Part shown: one piece after another, positions 53,771 through 64,000 of the stretch
Numbering within the stretch: the first letter of the stretch is position 1
Layout: every line of letters starts with the position of its first letter
Origin: Octopus sinensis
Lineage: Eukaryota
NCBI RefSeq assembly: GCF_006345805.1
Contig: NC_042998.1
Span: 182,962,001 to 183,026,000 of the forward strand
Direction of reading: 5' to 3'
DNA: 64,000 bases
The notes under the pieces: generated by a model
The model's database searches: none
Told to the model about the DNA's origin: nothing
The model's input: only the letters and a program-made list of their open reading frames with translations
Program-made: the position numbers and the translations under genes

Positions 53771-54163
53771 CCTATTATTAGTATTGTGAGATGTTTGTGT
53801 AGAACATGTGATTTTAGTTGTGCTATTCAATCTAAAGTTGCTTGGATAGCATGTATGATGTGTTTAGAAGGATTATATTTTGGATAGTACATAAATTTGT
53901 GTTCCCATGTATGAGTTTCATTGTATTCATGTTCTCTTTTGATAAGATATTATTCAAACCATTTCTACTCTTATATTCCACTTCTTGTTTATCTCCATTA
54001 CATCACTGTACTTTAATAGCTTTTTTTTATGTGACATTTTGTTCAAAACAGACCAAGATGCCTATCAGTGCATTGATTTCTCTCTTCTATCTTTAATTAT
54101 AACAGCTGAGTGGTTCCTGTTGATCTTTTTGTCATTTTAGACAGATATATATATATATATATA

Positions 54164-54646
54164 TAAATTAGGAAAAAACCACCTTTTATCAATTCAATAA
54201 TGAAAACTTGAATTATACCATTTAGAAATTTTACATATTATAGAAAGATTAAATATAAGATAAAACATATAACAATGATTAAGTAATGTGCAAAATGATA
54301 AATAAAACGTATATATTTGGTATATATTTTGAGATGTTTGTGTAGAAAGTGTGATTTTAGTTGTGCTCACACATAGCTCTGTATGAGATGCAGTGAAAAA
54401 CTTGCATACAACTTGCATATAATATAATGGTATGCAAATATCTTTTTGATGAAAATCTAACACTAAATTAAATGTTTCACAGGAAATGAAAATATATACG
54501 TTTTATTTATTTATTATTTTGCACATTACTTAAACATTGGTATATGTTTTATCTTATATTTAATCTTTCTATAATATGTAATCTTCCTAAATGGTATAAT
54601 TTAATTTTTCATTACTGAATTGATAAAAGGTGGTTTTTTTTTCTAA

Positions 54647-54687
<41 letters not shown>

Positions 54688-54737
54688 TATATTTTGTGAA
54701 ATTTGATTTAGTATTTCTAAGTTTGGAATAATATTCC

Positions 54738-54741
<4 letters not shown>
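54164..54741. repeat. Palindromic element family P2 with a locally copied loop
   Basis: Arms homologous to 42800-43105; loop at 54315-54495. Confidence 0.85.
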
Positions 54742-54778
<37 letters not shown>

Positions 54779-54782
54779 TACA

Positions 54783-54816
<34 letters not shown>

Positions 54817-54831
54817 ATATATATATATACA

Positions 54832-54887
<56 letters not shown>

Positions 54888-55109
54888 ATTCGAGCGAGAT
54901 CATTGCCAGTACCGCCTTACTGGCCCCCGTGCTGGTGGCACGTAAAAAGCACCCATTACACTCTCGGAGTGGTTGGCATTAGGAAGGGCATCCAGCTGTA
55001 GAAACTCTGCCAGATCAAGATTGGAGCCTGGTGCAGCCATCTGGTTCACCAGCCCTCAGTCAAAATCGTCCAACCCATGCCACCATGGAAAGCAGGCGTT
55101 AAACGATGA

Positions 55110-55178
<69 letters not shown>

Positions 55179-55769
55179 TGCTGGTGTGAGTGTGTGGTTA
55201 AGAAGTTTGCTTCTCAACCACATGGTTTCGAGTTCAGTTCTTCTACATGGTACCTTAGACAAGTGCCTTCTGCTATAGTCTCAGGTTGACCACAGCCTTG
55301 TAAGTGGATTTGGTAGATAGAATCCATGCATGTGTCACTTGACATTGTGGGATTGTTGTAAATGAATGTCATTCATTTCCAATAATTTGTGCAAACATAT
55401 CAGGCATGAGCAAATGTTACCTTGCTTGAAAGCAAGTTTAAAAAAGTAGGAAATAGGAAGGGTGTCCAACTGTAGAAAATCTGCCTCTATAAACTCCATC
55501 TGACCCATGCAAGCACAGGAAGGTGGACATTAAAACAGTGATGGGGTTGAATGATATACCCAACTACAGTGGTTAAATCATTGTTATATACTGCATTTTT
55601 GTTTTATCACTTCATGAAGAGGGAGCGCATTACCTATTATCCTTTAAAAAGCCTGAGACAGGTAGGAAAATGGGAGGAAAGTATCCTCATCCTTAGACTG
55701 GTACTCTATATATCAACCCTGGAAGGATGAAAGGCAGAGCTGACCAAGAGAATACCCTCCATCAGGCAT

Positions 55770-56170
55770 TTGCCATATTCTGAACGCCTTACTTCCCTGA
55801 GCATGGATACATTGAAACTCCGACATTTGGCAGCTGACTTGGCAGACACCCATAAAATTATTAACCATCTTACAAACAATAACTCTGAGCACCTTTTCAA
55901 ACTCCCATGACTTTCAGAAACATTTTTTCATGCTAAGAGTTGCTGAAGCATGGAACAAACTGCCGGCATCAGTTGTTAGTTGTTGAAGCACTGCATCCTT
56001 CAAAACTTCCATGCTTCCTGAGATTTGCCAGCACTACACCTGATTTTCTTCCCTCCATACACACACAACTGTTCACTTCCCAGGCATTTGTACATTACTG
56101 CATATACTTTACTCGCACTTTTGACAAGTTGTGGTACACCTGAGCACTGTATACAATAATTTCATTATTA
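55770..56170 (+). mobile_element. CR1/L2-like LINE 3' end
   Basis: Homologous to 12630-12990. Confidence 0.7.
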
Positions 56171-57249
56171 TTTTATTAAATGTTTAAACCACGAAATGAA
56201 AGCGGCTGCAATACTTCCCAGTAGGCAAAGCTATCTACCCAGCAATATCTGTGAATAAATTTTATCTTTGAAAAGACTGAACAATTTAAAATTACTTGGT
56301 CAGTTTTCTTCATTTTTTTTTTTATATTGAGTACATTGTCTACGCTAGACATGTTTTATTTTATTTTGGTAGTTTCTTCTAGTTAAGACATTTATCCTGT
56401 GAAACTAAACTCAAACTTTCCTCTTCTGCTATAAATCCATTACAGGTTTCCATATATGCTTATTTCCTGTACTGTCTGGCAGGAAACTAACTGTTGAAAG
56501 TTGAATTGTTCCCATGTTATTTTTTTCCTTAATACTCTTTGGAGCTGCACATTTATTTATATTTTAAAATCTTTTTTGCTGTTTTTTTCTTATCTGAATC
56601 TTGTTCTTCAGTAAAATTAGCTTTTAGTTTCCTGATAATTAGAAAGAAGTTTTAGGGTGTCTTTTCCTTTTGCATATTTTTTGCATATTCTTTACTTGTT
56701 TCTAAGTATTTGTATAAAACCATTGTGAGTAATTTGTAACAGTTCTCCCCTTGTATCAGTTCATTTCCTTCTCCTGTGTATAGTAAATGTATCCTATTTA
56801 TATACTGCTTCTTGTAAGGTGGGTTTGGATTACTGTGAATGGCTTTCTTGTTTTTCTATCTTGGTTCTTACTATCACTTGATATCACTCCTCACTTCATG
56901 TACAGATTTTAGTAGATTCTTCATATAGGTGTTGACTTATTCCTCCCACAGTTCTAATCCTCCATAAAAAGGGGATGGTTTATACTCTGTGCACAACATA
57001 TGTAACCCTTAGTGATTTGATACCATTGATTTGTTAATGGTAAACAAAGCTCAAATGAAGAGAAGTGGAAATAAGCAACAGTTATCTTTTATCTTTCATA
57101 TGTTCCAGTCATTGTGCTGTGACCATGCTGGGGCACTGCCTTGACTTTAATCCACAAATTGACCTATGTACTTTTTTTTAGTTTGTTACTTGGTCTTTTT
57201 TGTCAAAGCACTAAGTTACACTAGTTGTCAAGTAGTTGACAAACACTAA

Positions 57250-57282
<33 letters not shown>

Positions 57283-57447
57283 CAAGCTTCTTTCAGTTTC
57301 CATCTACCAAGTTCACTCATAAGGCTTTGGTCAGCCCAAGGCTATAGCAGTAGACACTCACCCAAGGTTGCATGCCGTGAGACTGAACCCAGAGCCATCT
57401 GGTTGAGAAGTAAACTTCTTATCATACAGCCACACATGTATATAATT

Positions 57448-57724
57448 AAGTTAGATAAGGCCAGTTTATGGTATTACCTTAGGCTGCATATCCATAAAAG
57501 GCTAAGCTTTATGGTGTATCATCAGAATCCCAAAACTTGTTGGCTAAAGGCCTCTCTAGTGAGTGACCTCTCCAGAGTAAGAAGAAGGAAAGGACCCCAG
57601 TACTCAGTGTCAACAAAGAGGATTGTGTCTCCCTTTGGCTATCAATTGCTGATGTCAACAAAGGGAATTGTATCCCTTCAGCTATCAATCGCTGGTGACT
57701 GTGGTATCCTATGGGTTCCAATAG
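57448..57724 (-). repeat. Inverted copy of the putative Penelope pseudo-LTR
   Basis: Diverged reverse complement of 59055-59323. Confidence 0.8.
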
Positions 57725-57780
57725 ACTAGCACACATACACACACACACACCAGGCTTCTTTCAGTTTCCATCTATCAAGT

Positions 57781-59075
57781 TCTCTTAACATAAAAACGTC
57801 TGTAGGTAGGATATTCTTTAAGTTAAAAGATAAACATTTCACTAGTTCACATAGTTATGGACTCATTTTCAACAGGCACAACCTTAGGGTTCTTTTATCT
57901 GTGCTTCAATATTAAGAGCATTCTAGTTAGCACCCTTAACCCATGAATGGAGGCAGGATGATCATACAGGAACTACAACAGATGCCCAGTGAGGGGCCTC
58001 TGCAAAACCAAGGGAGTTGTCTATGAAGCCAAGATACTGGCTGACTCTAGCAGCAGTAGCTCCACTAATGACAACCACAGTAGCAAGGACATCAGCATCA
58101 GAAATATGAACAGAACCAATAGCACCATTGCTAGCAATAACAATAACAACATCAATGACAGCAATGGTAGTATCCCTAACAACAACAGCAGCAGCAGCCG
58201 TTCAAGAATTTGGACCTGGAGATCTCCATTTCCAGCGACTTCAAGGGCAACCTCCCAGTGGTATCGGGTGTCAACGAAGAGCCTTCAACTACAACAAGAC
58301 GACTGTTTTTTTTCCAAGGTCTGGGGTCTCCTGCCCCTAAGCCCTAGACCATCACCTAATCACCCTTACCCGTCTTGTTGCTTGACAACAACAAAAACAG
58401 TAGCAGCAGCAGTTTCCCTAATGGCTACAGCTACAACAGCAGGCTCGACAGTTCCAATAGCAACAGCAGCAGCAGTACCATCACCAGTGATAATAACAAT
58501 AACAGCAACAATAACAACAGCAGTATCCCTAATGGAAATAGCATCAGAGACATCACCAATGGCATCCACAACAGCAATGACAGCACCTCCATCAATGGCG
58601 ATGGCCATAACAACAATGGCACCTTTACCAACACCAGCAACAGCAGCACCAACACCATCATCAGCACCAGTTCCAGCAACAGTGGTGGCAGCGATGCCAA
58701 CACCAACAGACACACCACCACCAACACCCAACCACGAAAATATATCAGCTGTTCTGGGAACTTGTTCAAACAATGCCTCTCCAGCCACAGATCTCCCTTC
58801 AGGATTCCAGAAAGGAGAGTCATCACATCATTATTCAGCCATGTATGGCAGCTGATAGATGACAGGATTCCATACACAATATCATGGAGAATCCTAGAAA
58901 ATCTAAGTCCCTAAATTATCGAAACCAATTGCTGTAAAGTATGCATAGTGGAACAGGCAAGGATCCTAAAGGACTTCCTTGACTCAAGGAACATTCTGAA
59001 CTTCAGAACAGAGGTCTTCAGACCGTGTTTATATTTCAGGAAATTCCTACTTGCCTATTGGAACCCACAAGATAA
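57781..59075 (+). mobile_element. Degenerate 5'-truncated Penelope-like element: RT-EN linker and GIY-YIG endonuclease
   Basis: Successive frames give KTSVGRIFFKLKDKHF..IFNRHNLRV, CPVRGLCKTKGVVYEAKI, KYISCSGNLFKQ..HVWQLIDDRIPYTISWRILE and CKVCIVEQARIL..NILNFRTEVFRPC..FRKFLL, all PLE linker/EN motifs; stops and frameshifts present. Confidence 0.8.
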
Positions 59076-59323
59076 GAGGGTCACTTGTAATTGATAGCCA
59101 AAGAGATACAATCCTCTTTGTTGATATCAGCAATAGCCAAGGGCAGACAGTCCCCTTTGTTGACATTGAGTAATGGGGTTCTTTCTTCCTTCATACTCTA
59201 CAGAAGCCACTTGCTAGAGAGGCTTTTAGCCAACAGGTTTTGGGATCAGATGATACACCATAAAGCTAATCCTTTATGGTCATGAAACCTAAGGTAATCT
59301 CATAAACTGGTCTTATCTAACTT
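59055..59323 (+). repeat. Putative Penelope pseudo-LTR (3')
   Basis: Begins at the end of the EN coding region; inverted partner at 57448-57724. Confidence 0.7.
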
Positions 59324-59382
59324 TAATAAATACTACTCTATAACTTAGAGTGTGCTTCTGTTTTCGGATTTATGTTTATGGG

Positions 59383-59428
<46 letters not shown>

Positions 59429-60952
59429 TCATCATCATCGTTTAGCATCCGCTTTCCATGCTGGCATGGGTTGGACGGTGCAACTGGGGTCTGGGAAGCC
59501 AGAAGGCTGCACCAGGCCCAGTCTGATCTGGCAATGTTTCTACAGCTGGATGCCCTTCCTAACGCCAACCACTCCATGAGTGTAGTGGGTGCTTTTTACA
59601 TGCCACAGGCACAGGTGCCAGACGAGGCTGGCAACGGCCACGGTCGGATGGTGCTTTTTTCGTGCCACCGGCACGGAAGCCAGTCAGGGCGGCACTGGCA
59701 ACGGCCACGTTCGGATGGTTCTCTTATGTGCCACCAGCACTGGTATCACAGCTACAATTTCCATTCATGTTGATCGATTTTGATTTTATACACTTCACAC
59801 ACACATACATGATGTGTTCCTACCATTTCCATCTATCAAATTCACTCAGAAGTTATTGGTCAGCCTGAAGCTATAGTAGAAGACACTTACCCAAGGTGCT
59901 GTTAAGTGGAACAAAGTTGAAATCATACAGCCATGCCTCTGCGCCTATTATTGGTGCTGTTTATTTTTGGATTTTATATCACAATTTGCGATTAATTGCT
60001 TTGTTTGGTTATAGGTTTCCAATAAACCAATACCTAATTCACTACATTTCTGACAGCAATAATAACAAAGGAGCCTCTAGTGCTCAGTGCAAATGACCTC
60101 ATTTGGAAAGCATTGGGTTTTCATTTGTTGTTTACATTCTTTGAGTGTATATATTGGTTAAACATTCATGCATGTACATGCACGCTCACATGCACACACA
60201 CAGAAAAAGATGGCTGAATCAGTATCATATAATAGAAGACGAGATGTTCAAATACACGAAAATGAAATGGTTGTTTGGTGAAGAAGCTCACTTTGCAGCC
60301 ACATGGTTTCAAGTTCACTCCCATTGCATGGTACTTCTGGCAAGTGTGTTCTACTATAACCCTGGGTCAGCCAATGCCTTGTGAGTAAATTTGGGATGTA
60401 AAAACTAAGGAAGCCCATCGTGTGTATGTGTGTGTTTGTGTTTGTGTGTGTGTTTGTGTTATGTTATACATTCTAATGTTATGTTTTTAAAAAGTCCAAC
60501 TATGGAACACAGCAGAAGACATAATCAAAATCATTGACATATGAAAATCTATAAATTATGCCTCAAACTAGAAATAAGAGCCTTTATAAAGCATGGAATT
60601 TCCTGGGTCCCACAAATTTTTATCATTATTATCCAGTGCCAGTGACATGCAAAAGGTGCTCATGCCCCATGCTGGTGGCACATAAAAGGCACCTGTGCCA
60701 GAGACACAGAAAGGCACCCCAGCCAGTGACACATGGAAGACACCCATGCTGGTGACATGTAAAAGGCATCCAGTACATTTTGTGGAGTAGCTGGCATTAG
60801 GAAGGGCATCCAGCCATAGAAACCAAACCAAAACAGACTGTAACCTGGTGCAGCTCTACAGCTTACCAACTCCAGTCAATCCATCTTATCCATGCCAGCA
60901 TGGAAAATAGACACTAAATGATGATGATGATCTCATTTCATTATATGCATAT

Positions 60953-61129
60953 AGGCGCAGGAGTGGCTGTGTGGTAAGTAGCTTGCTTACCAACCACATG
61001 GTTCCGGGTTCAGTCCCACTGTATGGCACCTTGGGCAACTGTCTTCTACTATAGCCTCAGGCTGACCAAAACCTTGTGAGTGGATTTGGTAGACGGAAAC
61101 TGAAAGAAGCCCATCGTATATATGTATAT

Positions 61130-61196
<67 letters not shown>

Positions 61197-61405
61197 ATGT
61201 TTGTGTGTCTGTGTTTGTCCCCCTAGCATTGCTTGACAACCAATGCTGGTGTGTTTATGTCCCTGTCACTTAGCGGTTCAGCAAGAGAGACCGATAGAAT
61301 AAGTACTGGGCTTACAAAAGAATAAGTCCTGGGGTCGAGTTGCTCGATTAAAGGCGGTGCTCCAGCATGGCCACAGTCAAATGACTGAAACAAGTAAAAG
61401 AGTAT
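60953..61405 (+). mobile_element. SINE family B, full length
   Basis: Head to tail. Confidence 0.82.
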
Positions 61406-61411
61406 ATATAT

Positions 61412-61715
61412 AACTTATAAACAAGGGTAAAAGAAAATTATTTCTATGCCAATACGCTGATAACAGACTTTTAAATCGTCAATTTCCACATATTATATAC
61501 TCACTACAGAAATACATAGTACTGAAATTGGGAAGCTAGTCAACAGAATTTTTTTAAAAAGTTCGTTATTTAAAAAAAATTCTGTTGACTAGCTTCCCGA
61601 TTTCAGTACTACGTATTTCTGTAGTGAGTATATAATATGTGGAAATTGACGATTTAAAAGTCTGTTATCAGTGTATTGGCATAGAAATATTTTCTTTAGC
61701 CTTTGTTTATAAGTT
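61412..61715. repeat. Palindromic element family P3
   Basis: ~145-bp arms at 61412-61556 and 61571-61715. Confidence 0.88.
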
Positions 61716-62574
61716 GTTTATAATTTTAATCTTTAAAGGTATTTTAATATGCTGCCACTTTTTGATGAAATTTTTTCTGTAAAAAACTTCATCCTATATT
61801 AGTAGTATATATATATATATATATATATATCTATATATATATATATATATATATTGTCTTCTATTATATGATACTGACTCATTCCATCTTGTTCTCTGTG
61901 TGCGTGTGAACACACATGTATGTGCATGAATGTTTAACCTATATATATATATATATTACCAAAAAATTTTTTAAAACTCAATTTACTGCAAGTAAAGTAG
62001 GTGATATTAATTTAATCTAACTGCCAGAGAGAATCTCAGTTCATGCCATGTCTAAAATTAACAGGATTTAAATATAGAATAACCAACCGTACTCAATAGC
62101 TATATCGAGATAGGGGGAAGGGCAGATTTACTGAAGTAGAAGTGAGAAATTGATAATTTACTGAAATATTGTTTACCTAGCAATAATTGTACAGGTATTC
62201 CAGTGAGTTGGTTTTCAAGCATCACAAAATACCTGAACCGAATTAGTAGAAATATTCTACCCTAAGCACACGATAATGTAAACAAATCTTCATTTGCACA
62301 GACTTACATGCACACACACCTACACATACATACATAAAAAAAATCATCATCATTATTATCAGTTTACAAACATTTTTCCATGCTTACATGGATTGGACTA
62401 AACAAACTCATTGTGTGTTTGTGTATAAATATGTATACACACACAAAGGTTGGCTAAAAGGTTCACAGGCTGACCAAGAAACTCTCATGGAATGTAACCA
62501 AATGAGTACAATTCTATATTTAAGAGATGAGGAATTATGTACATTATTTACATTTGACAGATATTTCTCCTCAT

Positions 62575-63520
62575 CTTGTTTGTAGCTTTCCATGCTAGCA
62601 TGGGTTAGACGATTTGACTGAGGTCTGGCGAACCAGATGGCTGCACCAGACTCCAATCTGATTTGGCAGAGTTTCTACAGCTGGATTCCCTTCCTAACGC
62701 CAACCACTCCGAGAGTGTAGTGGGTGCTTTTACATGCCACCAACACAAGTGCTAGTCAGGCGGTACTGGCAACGGCCATGATCAAATGCTGCTTTTTATG
62801 TGTCACCTGCACAGGAGCCAGTCCAGCGGCACTGGCAATGGCCTCACTCGAATGTTTTTTCACATGCCTCCAGTACAAGTGCTAATAAGGCAATGTAGGT
62901 AACGATCACACTCGAATGGTGCTTTTTACATGCCACCGGCATGGAGGCCAGCTTGTTGCTCTGGCAACGATCACGCTCGTATGGTACTCTTAGCGCTCCA
63001 CTAGCACGGATGCCAGTCATTGAATTTGATTTTGATTTTGATTTCACTTGCCTCAATAGGTCTTCGCAAGCAGAGTTTAGTGTCCAATGAAGAAAAGGTA
63101 CGCATAAGTGGGCTTGTTGCACCTGTCATAGGCCATGAGGTTATGGTCTCACTTGGGCTTGCTGAGTTTTCTCAAGCACAGCATATTTCCAAAGGTCCCA
63201 GTCACTAGTCATTGCCTCGGTGGGGCCCAGTGTTCGAAGCTTCACCACCTCATCCCAGGTCTTCCTGGGTCTACCTCTTCCACACATTCCCTCAACCGCA
63301 AGGGTGTGGCACTTTTCTACACAGCTATCCACATCCATTCTCACCACATGGCCATACCAGCACAATCGTCTCTCTTGCACACCACATCTGATGCTTCTTA
63401 AGCTCAACTTTTCTCTCAAGGGACTAACACTTTGTCGAGTATGCACACTGACATTACACATCCATCGGAGCATACTGGCTTCATTCCTTACACATCCATT
63501 GGAGCACACTGGCTTCATTA
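62575..63520 (-). mobile_element. RTE-clade LINE 3' fragment (ORF2 C-terminus and 3' UTR)
   Basis: ORF 63141-63518: RRLCWYGHVVRM..GRGRPRKTWDEVVK, followed by the repeat-family-A 3' UTR. Confidence 0.88.
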
Positions 63521-63611
63521 TTGTTATTGTTCAGGTCACTGCTTGGAGTTTGATTCAAGGCAGCGACCTGAATAATAATAATAATAATAATAATAACAAT
63601 AATAATAATAA

Positions 63612-63757
63612 TAAACAACATCAAAAAATACCTTAGGAATGAGAACCCAGGTTCGAAATTTCCCCAAGACACCTGATGAAGGCTGGAGGGTGTATCACCC
63701 GAAACGTGTTAACAACAAACAAGATAAGGACAAATATCCGTCAAATGTAAATAATAT
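63612..63757 (+). ncRNA. Repeat with a minimal hammerhead-ribozyme-like motif (probably degenerate)
   Basis: gacac-c-CTGATGA-a-GGCTG..CACCC-GAAAC-gtgtt at 63667-63710. Confidence 0.4.
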
Positions 63758-63778
63758 AAATAATTAACCAAATATGGT

Positions 63779-63991
63779 TTATTTTTCAACATAGTCCCCC
63801 TTGTAGTCCACACACCTCTTCCATTGGAGCTACAGTGCTTGTATCCCATTGGAGAAGCTTTCATCCTGTTGGTCAACAGAATAGTCATCAACACCAGATG
63901 TGACATCAACATAACTGCTATACTGGTCCCTAACCAAGTGTTTTTTCATGTTGGGGAACAGATAGTAGTCAGGTGGGGTCAGATCAGGAGA
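63779..63991 (-). mobile_element. Mariner transposase C-terminal fragment (pseudogene)
   Basis: SPDLTPPDYYLFPNMKKHL..NGIQAL*LQWKRCVDYKGDYVEK*, matching the mariner YSPDLAPSDY and KCV..GDYVEK motifs; internal stop. Confidence 0.88.
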
Positions 63992-64000
63992 TTTATATAT

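Noticed and set aside
53342-53887. 181-aa ORF and similar recurring ORFs ([27 protein letters not shown])
   Set aside because: Chance frames through SINE-B and family A repeats; they recur wherever the repeat does
57989-58855. 288-aa ORF as a mucin-like host gene
   Set aside because: Its Thr/Ala-rich half is an off-frame reading of the AAC/AGC insert; the flanks are Penelope endonuclease motifs

Overview
AT-rich, repeat-dense animal DNA, most likely an octopus: the SINE/RTE families and microsatellite load look cephalopod-typical (inference). The only host gene found is a + strand Slo-family (BK/KCNMA1-like) K+ channel. Six GT-AG exons (11375-11439, 17668-17764, 25220-25331, 27700-27851, 30938-31108, 44854-44945; 689 nt) splice in frame and encode S1-S6 and the S6-RCK1 linker. 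The S0 exons and the RCK exons were not found in the window. The channel is divergent: the filter is TVGFGD and S6 reads [13 protein letters not shown], both resembling mammalian Slo3, and S4 reads LRSLRALR. There are candidate extra exons at 16471-16513 and 46947-46965. The introns contain two tRNA-head SINE families, RTE 3' ends, CR1/L2, RLE-LINE and mariner fragments, and MITEs. Several long palindromic elements sit in (TA)n tracts, and two insertions appear copied from local sequence. A Penelope-like fragment has a GIY-YIG nuclease split by a ~230-codon Asn/Ser-rich insert, and there is one hammerhead-like motif. Almost all ORFs in the supplied track are microsatellite or repeat artefacts. 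Repeat boundaries are approximate, and reference-protein comparisons are from memory rather than alignment.
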